Positions 41,927 to 52,902 of a stretch of DNA of 64,000 nucleotides are shown here, piece by piece. The stretch lies in the NCBI RefSeq assembly GCF_058153355.1, contig NZ_CM177019.1, one strand, 5' to 3'. Below the pieces are notes generated by a model, which was given only the letters and a program-made list of their open reading frames with translations, had not been told where the DNA came from and searched no databases. Position numbers and translations under genes: made by a program. Within the stretch, counting starts at the first letter, position 1. Every line of letters begins with the position of its first letter.

Positions 41927-42142
41927 ATGTATCAGATGGAAAAAATATCAACAGGCATTGCCTACGGCACCTCCGCCGGCAGTGCCGGCTACTGGTTTTT
42001 GCAGTGGTTGGATCAGGTCAGTCCATCACAGTGGGCTGCGATTGGTGTGCTGGGAAGTCTGCTTCTGGGGCTTCTGACTTATCTGACGAATCTGTATTTC
42101 AAAATAAGAGAAGATAAGCGTAAGGCTGCGAGAGGTGAATAA
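41927..42142 (+). CDS. phage-21-type pinholin (dual start MYQM)
   Basis: 71 aa. ...[67 protein letters not shown] matches remembered S21. Confidence 0.85.
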   Translation: MYQMEKISTGIAYGTSAGSAGYWFLQWLDQVSPSQWAAIGVLGSLLLGLLTYLTNLYFKIREDKRKAARGE

Positions 42143-42639
42143 TGTCGCCATCATTACGCAAGGCTGTTGCAGTTGCTATTGGTGGCGGGGCTGTTGCTAT
42201 AGCATCTGTGTTAATCACTGGCCCAGGTGGTAACGATGGTCTGGAAGGTGTCAGCTACATACCATACAAAGATATCATTGGTGTATGGACTGTATGTCAC
42301 GGACACACCGGAAAAGACATCATGCCTGGTAAAACGTATACCGAAGCAGAATGCAAAGCTCTCCTGAATAAAGACCTTGCCACTGTCGCCAGACAAATTA
42401 ACCCGTACATCAAAGTCGATATACCGGAAACAACGCGCGGCGCTCTTTACTCGTTCGTTTACAACGTGGGCGCTGGCAATTTCAGAACATCGACGCTTCT
42501 TCGCAAAATAAACCAGGGCGATATCAAAGGCGCATGTGACCAGCTACGTCGCTGGACATATGCTGGCGGTAAGCAATGGAAAGGGCTGATGACCCGTCGT
42601 GAGATTGAGCGTGAAGTCTGTTTGTGGGGGCAGCAATGA
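42142..42639 (+). CDS. SAR endolysin (R21-like lysozyme)
   Basis: 165 aa; N-terminal signal-anchor-release segment [18 protein letters not shown] followed by a lysozyme domain. Confidence 0.88.
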   Translation: MSPSLRKAVAVAIGGGAVAIASVLITGPGGNDGLEGVSYIPYKDIIGVWTVCHGHTGKDIMPGKTYTEAECKALLNKDLATVARQINPYIKVDIPETTRGALYSFVYNVGAGNFRTSTLLRKINQGDIKGACDQLRRWTYAGGKQWKGLMTRREIEREVCLWGQQ

Positions 42640-43112
42640 GCAGAGTCACCGCGATTATCTCCGCTCTGGTTATCTGCATCATCGTCTGCCTGTCATGGGC
42701 TGTTAATCATTACCGTGATAACGCCATTACCTACAAAGAGCAGCGCGACAAAAACGCAAGAGAACTGAAGCTGGCGAACGCAACCATTACTGACATGCAG
42801 CAGCGCCAGCGTGCTGCTGATGCACTCGATGCTAAATACACGAAGGAGTTAGCTGATGCGAAAGCTGAAAATGATGCTCTTCGGCGCAAGCTTGATAATG
42901 GTGGTCGGGTGCTCGTCAAAGGAAAATGCCCTGTGCCATCCTCAGCCGAAACCTCCAGCGCCTCCGGCATGGGCAATGATGCCACCGTCGAACTCTCTCC
43001 AGTTGCTGGACGAAACGTTCTCGGTATCCGGGACGGAATCATCAGCGACCAGACAGCATTGAGAATGCTTCAGGAGTACATCAGGATCCAATGCCTTGGG
43101 GGGTGGCGGTAA
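42636..43112 (+). CDS. i-spanin Rz
   Basis: Start at [17 protein letters not shown] (ATGA overlap with the endolysin stop); TM helix plus coiled coil. Confidence 0.8.
   Translation: MSRVTAIISALVICIIVCLSWAVNHYRDNAITYKEQRDKNARELKLANATITDMQQRQRAADALDAKYTKELADAKAENDALRRKLDNGGRVLVKGKCPVPSSAETSSASGMGNDATVELSPVAGRNVLGIRDGIISDQTALRMLQEYIRIQCLGGWR
42856..43062 (+). CDS. o-spanin Rz1 (embedded in Rz, +1 frame)
   Basis: [21 protein letters not shown] lipobox followed by a Pro-rich mature part. Confidence 0.8.
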   Translation: MRKLKMMLFGASLIMVVGCSSKENALCHPQPKPPAPPAWAMMPPSNSLQLLDETFSVSGTESSATRQH

Positions 43113-43194
43113 TTTTACTCATTATCCTTCAAATCAGATTCTGTTGTCAGAGGAATGGGGGAAGCTGGATTCGCAAGAGCTTTTTATGGGCAGT

Positions 43195-43773
43195 TTAGCT
43201 AAAAAAAGGCAACACGAAGCTAAAACTACCAACATAAAGTGCTGACCAGCTAGCAGCTGAAATCAGACTCACTGTATACACTTTCACTGGATGAAGTTGC
43301 AACATTCCTGCCACCAAAGGAGCAATATAACGCAGCACGGCGATAAAGCGCGAAGTGAAAAGTATTGACACAGAGTTATTTTGCAACTGAAGGCGAACCC
43401 GTTCTATTGTATTGGAACGACTCGATATTATACATGCAAGTTGAGGGATATGCCCAATTATTATACCAAGATGGTAATTAACGATAGTACCGCACCATGC
43501 GCCACTCATGACCGTGATTCCAGCTTCCCATGGTGAAAGAGTCGTCTTGCTGACTGTAATTATAGTGGCCATCATAATTGATGCTGGTGGCAATATCGCC
43601 GAAATGAGTAAAGTGGATTTTGTGAACGCTATTATAAAAAGAAGCCCCCATAGGCGATATGGATGAAGTACAAAATAGTTCATCAAAGCATTTATCCACT
43701 CCATCAATGTCTTTCCTTCTGTGAATTTTTCTTTGCTATTAACCGTGATACGACTTAATTTAGGCTTAAACAC
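43195..43773 (-). CDS. DedA/VTT-family membrane protein
   Basis: 192-aa ORF (alternative start M24 at 43704). Polytopic, with the DedA-like segment SRFIAVLRYIAPLVAGML. Low GC. Confidence 0.6.
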   Translation of the reverse strand: MFKPKLSRITVNSKEKFTEGKTLMEWINALMNYFVLHPYRLWGLLFIIAFTKSTLLISAILPPASIMMATIITVSKTTLSPWEAGITVMSGAWCGTIVNYHLGIIIGHIPQLACIISSRSNTIERVRLQLQNNSVSILFTSRFIAVLRYIAPLVAGMLQLHPVKVYTVSLISAASWSALYVGSFSFVLPFFS

Positions 43774-43974
43774 CTTACATTTACAAGGTACTCCTGTGGG
43801 GGGCCTGCCACGGAGCGTCGCAGGAGTGAGTGATGAGGAAGAATTAAAGCAACCTATTGTGACAGGCAGCGATAACAGTAAATCACAGGAAGCATAATCA
43901 TGGCAAAACCGGACTGGGAGGTCATCGAAACGGCGTACCAGTGTCGGGTGATGTATAGGGCATCTATTTATTCA

Positions 43975-44523
43975 TCATCTGAAAAAAGAGTTGTCCGGAT
44001 GGGTTTCAATAACGGTTATGCTTGAAAGACGCGAGGGGTTAACCGTGAACTCATTTTCACCAAAATAACGACTGTGGGCATTGGGGCCAGCTAATATAGA
44101 ACAGGCTGGAGCTTCAGCTCTTAACAGCAAACCTGGTGATTTGTATGCATTCAATCCACGACCAAACTTCTCGGCGACTGAAATGTCTGTTGTCCAGCAA
44201 AAGCCAATGAGCCCTTTATCGAACCTGTCTTTATTTTCTCCCCGATAAAGTACAAGGCTGTCGCCATCATATGTTGGCAATAAGAGCGTTAATAGTTTGA
44301 GGAGAATTGAGTCGTCGTTGATCTTTTCACGTATAAAGGCCCCAGACTCAACCCATTGACTATGGAATGAATTTTTCATGGCAATTGATACTGGCTTTGC
44401 GTTATCGATGCTTTTGATAAACTCAACCCATCTGTTCCGACTGTGAATGTAATCAAGAAATTTCCTCTCATCGGACACCTTCGGTTGAGGGCGGTTATAA
44501 GCTGCGAAATCTTCTAACTTCAT
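43975..44523 (-). CDS. putative ADP-ribosyltransferase-fold protein (R-S-E class pattern)
   Basis: 182 aa from MKLEDFAAYN (gaggaa SD). Contains LVLYR94G, GFCWT111T112D and GE156NE158FTV in the order and spacing of C3/Alt-type ARTs. Low GC. The upstream part of the track ORF is antisense to terS and was rejected. Confidence 0.45.
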   Translation of the reverse strand: MKLEDFAAYNRPQPKVSDERKFLDYIHSRNRWVEFIKSIDNAKPVSIAMKNSFHSQWVESGAFIREKINDDSILLKLLTLLLPTYDGDSLVLYRGENKDRFDKGLIGFCWTTDISVAEKFGRGLNAYKSPGLLLRAEAPACSILAGPNAHSRYFGENEFTVNPSRLSSITVIETHPDNSFFR

Positions 44524-44542
44524 AATTTCCTCAGGTATATCA

Positions 44543-45094
44543 ATGGCACTCACCGACAAACAAGAAATGTTCTGTCGCGAGTACCTCATCGATTTAAACG
44601 CCACGCAAGCGGCTATTCGGGCGGGGTACAGCGCAAAGACAGCTAACCGTACCGCATCCGAAAACCTGTCAAAACCTGACATACAATTCAGAATCGCCGA
44701 ACTGAAAGCGCAACGCAATGATCTTGTTGGTATTAATGCAGAATATGTACTTAATCGCCTTATTGAAATCGACCAGATGGATGTGCTCGACATTCTCCTG
44801 CAAAACGGTGAGCTAAAGCCCATTAAAGACTGGCCTAAGGTATGGCGCACAACGCTATCAGGAATGGATGTCGTGGAGATGGTATCCGCAGATAGCGCCG
44901 CACTTCTGAAGAAAATTAAATGGCCTGATAAGGTTAAAAACCTTGAGTTGCTTGGGCGCCATGTTTCTGTTCAGGCGTTTAAAGACAACGTCAAAAATGA
45001 AGTGACTGGCGCTGATGGAGGACCAGTCAGAACAGAAATTACCAAATTAACGCCTGAGCAGGCCGCAGAGGTGTATAGAAAAATGATGGGCTAA
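44543..45094 (+). CDS. terminase small subunit
   Basis: 183 aa; N-terminal [32 protein letters not shown] pattern of the Terminase_2/P27-type terS. Confidence 0.85.
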   Translation: MALTDKQEMFCREYLIDLNATQAAIRAGYSAKTANRTASENLSKPDIQFRIAELKAQRNDLVGINAEYVLNRLIEIDQMDVLDILLQNGELKPIKDWPKVWRTTLSGMDVVEMVSADSAALLKKIKWPDKVKNLELLGRHVSVQAFKDNVKNEVTGADGGPVRTEITKLTPEQAAEVYRKMMG

Positions 45095-45096
45095 GT

Positions 45097-46716
45097 ATGC
45101 CGTTACCATTCCCCTTCGATTTTAAACATCCTGATTACCAGATGGTTTTTGAATGGCGGATGGAACGCCTACAGCGCATTCGCCAGAATCCTGAAATATT
45201 GCCTGCACTAAAACAGTTTTACCGTACCAACCCGGCTCAGTTCATTATCGACTGGGGCATGACAACGGACCCGCGTAATATTGATTATGGCCTGCCGGTG
45301 ACCATTCCGTTTTTACTCTTCCCTAAGCAGGAGGAGTGGAGCCACTGGATTATGGAACGCTGGAGCAATCGGGAGAATGGTATTACCGAAAAATCCCGTG
45401 AAATGGGGCTCAGTTGGACCGCGATCGGACTGGCCTGCTCGCTTTGTCTCTTCAACAAAGAAATGGTTATCGGTTTCGGCTCCCGTAAAGAGGAATACGT
45501 CGACAGCACCGGTGACCCGAAAGCACTGTTCTGGAAGGCGCGCAAGTTCGTGGAAACACTACCTGTAGAGTTTCGCGGTTCGTGGAGCGAGAAGAAGCAC
45601 GCGCCATATATGCGTGTTGAGTTTCCTGAAACTGGCGCGGTTATCAAAGGTGAGGCTGGCGATAATATCGGTCGTGGTGACCGTACGACCCTTTATTTTG
45701 TGGATGAGGCTGCTTTTCTCCAGCGACCATTACTTATTGATGCCGCGCTTTCTCAGACAACCCGATGTCGTATCGATCTCTCATCGGTTAACGGCATGAA
45801 CAACCCCTTCGCACAGAAGCGGCACAGTGGAAAAATCCCGGTGTTTACGTTTCACTGGCGTAGCGATCCGCGTAAAGACGATGAGTGGTATCACAAGGAG
45901 TGCGAGAAAATTGATAACCCAGTCATCGTTGCCCAGGAACTGGATCTTAATTACCAGGCATCAGCAGAAGGCATCCTGATCCCCTCAGAATGGGTACAGG
46001 CTGCGGTTGATGCACATATCAGACTGGGCATTCAGCCCGGCGGCCAACGGCTTGGTGCAATGGATGTCGCCGACGAAGGGCGGGATAAAAACGCCTGTTC
46101 GCTCCGTTATGGCATCCTGCTGAATGACGTACAGGAGTGGTCAGGTAAGGGGAGTGACATCTATGACTCTGTGGTTAAGGTTTTTGGTCTGTGCGATGAC
46201 TTTGGTGCCGATGAGTTTCGCTTTGATGAGGACGGATTGGGTGCTGGCGTTCGTGGTGATGCGCGCGCTATCAACGAACTGCGTGAAGCGGAGGGCATCT
46301 GTCAAATCACCGCCACTCCATTCCGGGGCAGCGGGAGCGTGTTTCATCCTGAAAATGAAGCTGTTCCCGGTGATAATGGTAAACCGGCTCGTCTGAATAA
46401 GGACTTTTTTGTCAATGCCAAAGCCCAGGGGGGGTGGCATCTTCGCAAATTATTCCGCAATACATTTCGTGCACTACAGGGTATGGAGTATGACCCGGAT
46501 GAGATTATTTCCATCAGCAGCACAATGGAAAATAAAGACCGGCTGTTGATGGAGCTGTCACAACCTACCTGGTCAAAAAATGCCACCGGAAAAATTCTTG
46601 TGGATAAGCAACCTGACGGAACGAAATCTCCAAACCTGGCTGATTCTGTGATGATTGCTTATGCCCCGATGGAAATGCCCATCGTAATTTCTGATGACTT
46701 TATGGAGTGGATCTGA
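45097..46716 (+). CDS. terminase large subunit
   Basis: 539 aa; ATPase Walker-B-like LYFVDEAAF plus a C-terminal nuclease region; follows terS. Confidence 0.88.
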   Translation: MPLPFPFDFKHPDYQMVFEWRMERLQRIRQNPEILPALKQFYRTNPAQFIIDWGMTTDPRNIDYGLPVTIPFLLFPKQEEWSHWIMERWSNRENGITEKSREMGLSWTAIGLACSLCLFNKEMVIGFGSRKEEYVDSTGDPKALFWKARKFVETLPVEFRGSWSEKKHAPYMRVEFPETGAVIKGEAGDNIGRGDRTTLYFVDEAAFLQRPLLIDAALSQTTRCRIDLSSVNGMNNPFAQKRHSGKIPVFTFHWRSDPRKDDEWYHKECEKIDNPVIVAQELDLNYQASAEGILIPSEWVQAAVDAHIRLGIQPGGQRLGAMDVADEGRDKNACSLRYGILLNDVQEWSGKGSDIYDSVVKVFGLCDDFGADEFRFDEDGLGAGVRGDARAINELREAEGICQITATPFRGSGSVFHPENEAVPGDNGKPARLNKDFFVNAKAQGGWHLRKLFRNTFRALQGMEYDPDEIISISSTMENKDRLLMELSQPTWSKNATGKILVDKQPDGTKSPNLADSVMIAYAPMEMPIVISDDFMEWI

Positions 46717-47186
46717 TGTGGCCGTTTAAACGAAAAGAACCGTCAGCGCCGGCGGTACCGGACAAACAACCTGAACCACAGCCACCGGAAATTAACGATG
46801 AGGTGATTGCTTCCGTCCGGCAGAAACCACGGAGGGAGTTTGTTCGCTATGAGCCACCACCGGGCGTTATCCCGGCACCGGTTCGCGACGCTGTGCTGGC
46901 AATGGATGCAACACCGTATGACACCCTGAACAGTCATTATCCTGATTTTGTTTATGGTGGTTTCCCGGGCTATCCGTATCTGGCACTTCAGGCGCAGTTA
47001 CCGGAGTACCGGCGTATGGTCAGTGTGCTTGCCGAGGAGATGACCCGTAAGTGGATAAAGGTTAAGGCGGTCGGAGAAGGGGACGACAGCCACGCGTCAC
47101 GCATAGCGCAGCTTACTGACGCACTGGAGCACTATAACGTACAGGACGTTTTCAGACTGGCGATTGAGCACGACGGCTTTTTCGGG
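46707..47186 (+). pseudogene. portal protein, 5' fragment (interrupted by an IS66-family element)
   Basis: The reading frame ...AIEHDGFFG runs into the IS left end at 47187 and resumes after 51093. Confidence 0.8.
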
Positions 47187-47305
47187 GTAAGCGTCTTATC
47201 AGGACCGTCTGGCAAATTCCCGATGCTTTGGACAAAGTATCCACCACTAAATTAATAGTGGGTGATAAAAATGTCAGATATACAAAAAAATGCCTCTCCG
47301 GGAAG

Positions 47306-48731
47306 TAATGCCAGTCAGTTAAGCAACTGACTGGCTCTTTTTCGGGGCTGTGGGGTATTTCCAGGGCCTCTCCTTTACCACTCTCGGGAAGGCCCTTTCC
47401 CTTCTTGTCGGTAATTTCACAAGTTGTCCCATACTTGCAAGATCGCGCATCAGCTCCGGTATACGTCCCGGTGAAGCGCCCTGCAATGTCATCAGCATTC
47501 TCATCACCATTCCGCATGATTCTGAGAAACTCAGTTGATTCGGCCAGTAACCTTTCAGATGTTCCGCCATTTTAATCATCTGATATCTCACCAGATTATA
47601 AGCCAGTAAGACACCCCACAGCTCTTGCTCCACAAGCTCCGGCTTTTTACTTCTCAGCGTCAGCCTGCTCAGTTGCATCGTCTGTTTTATCTCCCTGTAT
47701 CCCAGTTCGATTTCCCAGCGATGACTGTACAGATCCGCCATTTCTCCTCCGGGGAAGCGCATGGCGTCCGTCATCGACGTCAGCAGATGGCAGACTTTTC
47801 CTTTGCGCGTCACGGTCAGCAGGCGGGCTGTCACTTCATTTCCCAGTCCCGGCCACTTTTTTCGTGCCTGCGGGCTGGTTTTCAGCTTCACCAGATGATC
47901 GCCTTTACCCAGTTTTCTGATCTCTTCATATTGCGCTCCCTTTCTGAGAGGTATCATCCAGTGGCGGTGTTCTCCCGCCAGGCTCCAGGCATTTAACAGT
48001 CCCAGTGAGTAATAACCTTTATCCATTAACGTCAGAGTGTTATCGCCGGTTTGTTCTATAAGTTGCTCAGCAAGCTCATTTTCGCTGTTCTTCATCGTGC
48101 CGAAGGCTGCAGCCGTCAGCAGATGGCTGGTCAGTTCCATCTGGCAGACCATTTTGACCTGCGGGTAGAGCGCCGGGTTCCCGGCATGTGTCTGGCGGGG
48201 GAAGGCTGCATCGTTCTCTGGTGTATCCGGTGTGCGCCAGAACACACCATCGATGGCCAGCAGGGTCAGGCCGCACCAGTGCGGATGCGGCGTGGCGTTA
48301 TGCCAGAGCTGCGCTGTTTTCGTGAACACGCGGCGGACAGCCTCACTTCCCAGGCGCTGGCGGGCCTGAATAACGGCACTGGGGGCAACGAAGGGGCGAT
48401 TGCCCGGCAGCATGATGTCCAGGCGATTCACAATCTGGTGAAGAGGTTCTTTACGCTCAAGCGCCATGCCAACAATACACCAGACCATCATTTCGAGGGG
48501 AAGACGGCGCTTGCGTAGCGTTACAGTACCTGATTCGGCAAGGCAACGAGAGATGAGTTCGGGGTCGAGGTAATCCCCCAGAGAAGTCAGTGGGTTACGC
48601 AGAGAATCGTAACGGGATACCAGATCAAGAGCCTGTCCAATGTGCATAAAAAAATCCGGAAACAAGTGAGCGTTTCCGGATTCTTACACAGCCACTGGAT
48701 CGGTCAACTGATCCTTAACTGATCGGCATTA
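47306..48731 (-). mobile_element. IS4 (1426 bp)
   Basis: Terminal inverted repeats taatgcc.. / ..ggcatta. Exact 12-bp target duplication ctctccgggaag at 47294..47305 and 48732..48743. Length equals the canonical IS4 length. Confidence 0.95.
47319..48647 (-). CDS. insG: IS4 transposase InsG
   Basis: 442 aa from [20 protein letters not shown]..., matches remembered K-12 InsG. Confidence 0.95.
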   Translation of the reverse strand: MHIGQALDLVSRYDSLRNPLTSLGDYLDPELISRCLAESGTVTLRKRRLPLEMMVWCIVGMALERKEPLHQIVNRLDIMLPGNRPFVAPSAVIQARQRLGSEAVRRVFTKTAQLWHNATPHPHWCGLTLLAIDGVFWRTPDTPENDAAFPRQTHAGNPALYPQVKMVCQMELTSHLLTAAAFGTMKNSENELAEQLIEQTGDNTLTLMDKGYYSLGLLNAWSLAGEHRHWMIPLRKGAQYEEIRKLGKGDHLVKLKTSPQARKKWPGLGNEVTARLLTVTRKGKVCHLLTSMTDAMRFPGGEMADLYSHRWEIELGYREIKQTMQLSRLTLRSKKPELVEQELWGVLLAYNLVRYQMIKMAEHLKGYWPNQLSFSESCGMVMRMLMTLQGASPGRIPELMRDLASMGQLVKLPTRRERAFPRVVKERPWKYPTAPKKSQSVA

Positions 48732-49124
48732 CTCTCCGGGAAGGCCTAAAGGGTGCCTGAATTATCCTCCTGAATTCAAACAACGACTCATAGAAGCATC
48801 ATTCCAGCCAGGTGTTTCAATTTCCAGACTGGCCCTGGACAATGGTATTAATGCCAATCTGTTGTTCAAATGGCGTCAGAAATGGCGGCAGGGGAAGATA
48901 AAATTGCCATCATCAGAATCAGGCAGAGAATCTCAGTTAATTCCTGTCACTATTGATGCCCAACTCCCAACTGCTCCGGCTAATGAGCCACTGACCGCAA
49001 GACCGTCAGTAACACCGGAAATACACAGCATCTCCTGTGAGATTACGTTCAGAAACGGCACCCTTCGGTTGAACGGGGCAGTGAATGAAAATCTGCTGTC
49101 CTTGCTTATACAGGAGCTGAGACG

Positions 49125-49472
49125 GTGATATCTCTCCCTGCAGGTTCGCGTATCTGGCTGGTTGCAGGTATCACCGATATGCGAAATGGCTTTAACGGCC
49201 TGGCCTCAAAAGTTCAGAACGTCCTGAAGGATGACCCGTTCTCCGGGCATCTGTTCATCTTCCGCGGACGCCGGGGTGACCAGATAAAAGTGTTGTGGGC
49301 TGACAGTGACGGACTGTGCCTCTTCACCAGACGCCTGGAGCGGGGCCGCTTCGTCTGGCCGGTCACCCGTGACGGCAAGGTGCACCTTACTCCGGCCCAG
49401 TTATCCATGCTTCTTGAGGGCATCGACTGGAAACACCCGAAACGAACGGAACGCGCTGGCATCCGCATATAA
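49125..49472 (+). CDS. IS66-family orfB (TnpB)
   Basis: 115 aa, MISLPAGSRIWLVAGITDMRNGFNGLA... typical IS66 Orf2. Confidence 0.9.
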   Translation: MISLPAGSRIWLVAGITDMRNGFNGLASKVQNVLKDDPFSGHLFIFRGRRGDQIKVLWADSDGLCLFTRRLERGRFVWPVTRDGKVHLTPAQLSMLLEGIDWKHPKRTERAGIRI

Positions 49473-49491
49473 CCCGTTGTAAAGTGAGGAT

Positions 49492-51063
49492 ATGGACACC
49501 TCACTTGCTCATGAGAATGCCCGCCTGCGGGCACTGTTGCAGACGCAACAGGACACCATCCGCCAGATGGCGAAATACAACCGCCTGCTCTCACAGCGGG
49601 TGGCGGCTTATGCTTCCGAAATCAACCGGCTGAAGGCGCTGGTTGCAAAACTGCAGCGCATGCAGTTCGGTAAAAGCTCAGAAAAACTTCGTGCAAAAAC
49701 CGAACGGCAGATACAGGAAGCACAGGAGCGAATCAGCGCTCTTCAGGAAGAAATGGCGGAAACGCTGGGTGAGCAATATGACCCGGTACTGCCATCTCCC
49801 CTGCGCCAGTCTTCAGCCCGTAAACCGTTACCTGCCTCACTTCCCCGTGAAACCCGGGTCATCCGTCCGGAAGAGGAATGCTGCCCGGCCTGTGGTGGCG
49901 AACTCAGTTCTCTGGGATGTGATGTGTCAGAGCAACTGGAGCTTATCAGCAGCGCCTTTAAGGTTATCGAAACACAACGTCCGAAACTGGCCTGTTGCCG
50001 GTGCGACCATATCGTGCAGGCTCCGGTGCCTTCAAAACCCATTGCACGCAGTTATGCCGGAGCGGGGCTTCTGGCCCATGTTGTCGCTGGAAAATATGCA
50101 GACCATCTGCCGTTATACCGCCAGTCAGAAATATACCGTCGTCAGGGCGTGGAGCTGAGCCGTGCCACACTGGGGCGCTGGACAGGTGCTGTTGCTGAAC
50201 TGCTGGAACCGCTGTATGACATCCTGCGCCAGTATGTGCTGATGCCCGGTAAAGTCCATGCCGATGATATCCCCGTTCCGGTCCAGGAGCCGGGCAGCGG
50301 TAAAACAAGGACTGCCCGGCTGTGGGTCTACGTTCGTGATGACCGTAACGCCGGTTCGGAAATGCCTCCGGCGGTCTGGTTCGCGTACAGCCCGGACCGG
50401 AAAGGTATCCATCCACAGAATCATCTGGCCGGTTACAGCGGAGTGCTTCAGGCCGATGCTTACGGTGGTTACCGGGCGTTGTACGAATCCGGCAGAATAA
50501 CGGAAGCCGCATGTATGGCTCATGCCCGGAGAAAAATCCACGATGTGCATGCAAGAGTGCCCACCGACATCACCACGGAAGCCCTGCAGCGTATCGGTGA
50601 ACTGTATGCCATCGAGGCAGAGGTCCGGGGCTGTTCAGCAGAACAGCGTCTGGCGGCAAGAAAAGCCAGAGCCGCGCCACTGATGCAGTCACTGTATGAC
50701 TGGATACAGCAACAGATGAAAACACTGTCGCGTCACTCGGACACGGCAAAAGCGTTCGCATACCTGCTGAAACAGTGGGATGCACTGAACGTGTACTGCA
50801 GTAATGGCTGGGTGGAAATCGACAACAACATCGCAGAGAACGCCTTACGGGGAGTGGCCGTAGGCCGGAAAAACTGGCTCTTCGCGGGTTCTGACAGCGG
50901 TGGTGAACATGCTGCGGTGTTGTACTCGCTGATCGGCACATGCCGTCTGAACAATGTGGAGCCAGAAAAGTGGCTGCGTTACGTCATTGAACATATCCAG
51001 GACTGGCCGGCAAACCGGGTACGCGATCTGTTGCCCTGGAAAGTTGATCTGAGCTCTCAGTAA
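49492..51063 (+). CDS. IS66-family transposase (orfC)
   Basis: 523 aa; N-terminal leucine-zipper-like region, CPACGG zinc motif, DDE-type core. Confidence 0.9.
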   Translation: MDTSLAHENARLRALLQTQQDTIRQMAKYNRLLSQRVAAYASEINRLKALVAKLQRMQFGKSSEKLRAKTERQIQEAQERISALQEEMAETLGEQYDPVLPSPLRQSSARKPLPASLPRETRVIRPEEECCPACGGELSSLGCDVSEQLELISSAFKVIETQRPKLACCRCDHIVQAPVPSKPIARSYAGAGLLAHVVAGKYADHLPLYRQSEIYRRQGVELSRATLGRWTGAVAELLEPLYDILRQYVLMPGKVHADDIPVPVQEPGSGKTRTARLWVYVRDDRNAGSEMPPAVWFAYSPDRKGIHPQNHLAGYSGVLQADAYGGYRALYESGRITEAACMAHARRKIHDVHARVPTDITTEALQRIGELYAIEAEVRGCSAEQRLAARKARAAPLMQSLYDWIQQQMKTLSRHSDTAKAFAYLLKQWDALNVYCSNGWVEIDNNIAENALRGVAVGRKNWLFAGSDSGGEHAAVLYSLIGTCRLNNVEPEKWLRYVIEHIQDWPANRVRDLLPWKVDLSSQ

Positions 51064-51101
51064 ATATCAATACGGTTCTGGCGAGCCGCTTACTTTTCGG
51101 G

Positions 51102-52172
51102 CGAGGGCAGATTTATATTGATGTGCGTTCGCCATCGGGTATATCTGCCTGGACTGACCCGGCGGAGCTGGGATCCGGACTGTTTATTTCCGACAAAAAA
51201 ATCCCGAAAGGTTCCCTGCTGGGGCTTCGTGTTATTGAACCCGTCTGGACGTATCCGGGTATATATAGCGCGGATAATCCGCTGAGTGATGATTTTTACC
51301 GTCCGTCCGAATGGTACGTAATGGGAAAAACGGTTCACGCCAGCCGCATGATTGATCTGATCTCCCGTCCGGTTCCGGACATGCTGAAGCCGGCCTACAA
51401 CTTTGGCGGCCTGTCACTGGTTCAGATTGCTGAGCCTTATGTTGATAACTGGCTGCGAACACGCGACAGCGTGGGCGATATGCTGCATTCGTTTTCGCTG
51501 AGCGGGATTAAGACGGATATGACACAGGTATTAAGTGGTAAAAGGGACCCGAATTACGCAAAACGCGCGGAGTTGTTTAACCGTACCCGTGATAACCGCG
51601 GGCTGCTGATGCTGGACAAGACGAACGAAGAGTTTTTCCAGTTCAACACTCCCCTGAGCGGCCTCGACACCCTTCAGGCGCAGGCACAGGAACACATGTT
51701 CTTTGTCAGTGCCATACCGTCCGTAAAATTCGCCGGGCTGAGCCCAACGGGACTGAATGCGTCGAGTGAGGGTGAAATCCGGGTGTTTTACGACACCATT
51801 GCTGCACTTGCCACCCGTCTTCTGAAGAAACCGCTGAAAAAGGTGCTGGATATTATCCAGTTGTCTGAGTTCGGCGATATCGATCCTGATATCACGTTTG
51901 AATTTGAACCCCTGCATGAGCTGACGCGCGAGCAACTGGCGAATATCCGTAAAACTGAGGCGGAAACGGATCAGATTTATGAGAGCACCGGAGCAGTGAC
52001 CAATAACGAAGTACGCGAACGGCTGGCGACTGCGCAGGACAGCCCGTACAGCGGTATTGACCTGAGCGGGGACATCGAAATTGACGACACTGAAATTGAC
52101 AACACCGAAGAAAATCCGCCGCAAGGCCCGAATGCAGACCCTGAGGCGGATTTCACCCAACGCGGGGATTGA
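51102..52172 (+). pseudogene. portal protein, 3' fragment (DUF1073-type)
   Basis: Continues the frame of 46707..47186 after the IS and its duplication. Confidence 0.8.
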
Positions 52173-52902
52173 GGCCTGGTACCGCAGACAACTGGATAAT
52201 GCCGTCAGTGGGATGCACAACAGTGTACTTTACTGGCTGCGGGCTGAGTACCGTAAAACAGACCTCGCGCAGGATGCGTCCCCCGTTAACCTGATGCGTG
52301 GTGCCATGCAGCAACTTGCCCGGCGCTGGCAGAAAAATTTTGACGAAATGGCCCTGCGGCTGGCGAGGCGGTTTGCCGGTGATGTCCTGAAAAACAGCGA
52401 TGCGTCACTGTACACTGCGCTCCGTGATGCCGGGTTTACGGTTCCTTTCCGTATGACAACGGAGATGAATACCGCACTTCAGGCCAGCATCACGGAGAAT
52501 GTGAACCTCATTCGCTCCATCCCGCAGCAACATCTCACCCAGGTGGAAACACTGGTCATGCAGTCTGTTGGCCGGGGACGTGACCTGAAAACGCTGACCG
52601 ATGAACTGGAAAAACGTTACGGCATCACACGACGGCGCGCGGCGCTGATTGCCCGCGACCAGAACAATAAGGCAACGTCGGTAATGCAGGCCGCCAGACA
52701 GCGTTCGGTGGGTATCACTGAAGGTGTCTGGAGGCATTCCCGCGCGGGTAAAACATGGCGTCCGTCGCATGTGAAGGCGAACGGTAAACGGTTTGACCTG
52801 CGAAAGGGGATGTTTCTGGATGGTAAGTGGGTACTGCCGGGCGAAGAAATCAACTGCCGGTGTGGCTGGGAGGCCGTTATTCCCGGACTGGAGAAAAAAT
52901 GA
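52132..52902 (+). CDS. head morphogenesis protein (Mu F / SPP1 gp7 family)
   Basis: C-terminal motif ...[44 protein letters not shown]. Start uncertain (track ORF starts at 52081). Confidence 0.75.
   Translation: MQTLRRISPNAGIEAWYRRQLDNAVSGMHNSVLYWLRAEYRKTDLAQDASPVNLMRGAMQQLARRWQKNFDEMALRLARRFAGDVLKNSDASLYTALRDAGFTVPFRMTTEMNTALQASITENVNLIRSIPQQHLTQVETLVMQSVGRGRDLKTLTDELEKRYGITRRRAALIARDQNNKATSVMQAARQRSVGITEGVWRHSRAGKTWRPSHVKANGKRFDLRKGMFLDGKWVLPGEEINCRCGWEAVIPGLEKK

Larger units (their letters stand above)
47271..49128 (+). pseudogene. IS66-family orfA (tnpA), disrupted by IS4
   Basis: MSDIQKNASPGR|PKGCLNYPPEFKQRLIEASFQPGVSISRLALDNGINANLLFKWRQKW... is restored when IS4 plus one copy of its duplication is removed. 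Confidence 0.85.
47187..51093 (+). mobile_element. IS66-family insertion sequence (about 2.47 kb without its IS4 passenger)
   Basis: Ends gtaagcg... (47187) and ...cgcttac (51093). 8-bp target duplication ttttcggg at 47179..47186 and 51094..51101. Three-ORF organisation orfA-orfB-orfC. Confidence 0.9.

Noticed and set aside
43900-44020. Short plus-strand ORF MAKPDWEVIETAYQCRVMYRASIYSSSEKRVVRMGFNNGYA
   Set aside because: Only the first dozen or so residues look gene-like, and the rest overlaps the 3' end of the ART-like gene on the other strand. It is treated as a possible gene remnant, not a feature.
44524-44850. N-terminal 109 codons of track ORF 43975..44850
   Set aside because: This part is antisense to the well-supported terS gene and has Ser/Arg/Cys-rich nonsense-like composition. 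An internal ATG at 44523 with a gaggaa SD is the plausible start.
49643-50554. Several 140 to 200-aa alternate-frame and antisense ORFs within the IS66-family transposase gene
   Set aside because: They are nested in a high-GC, well-supported transposase ORF and are typical spurious open frames.
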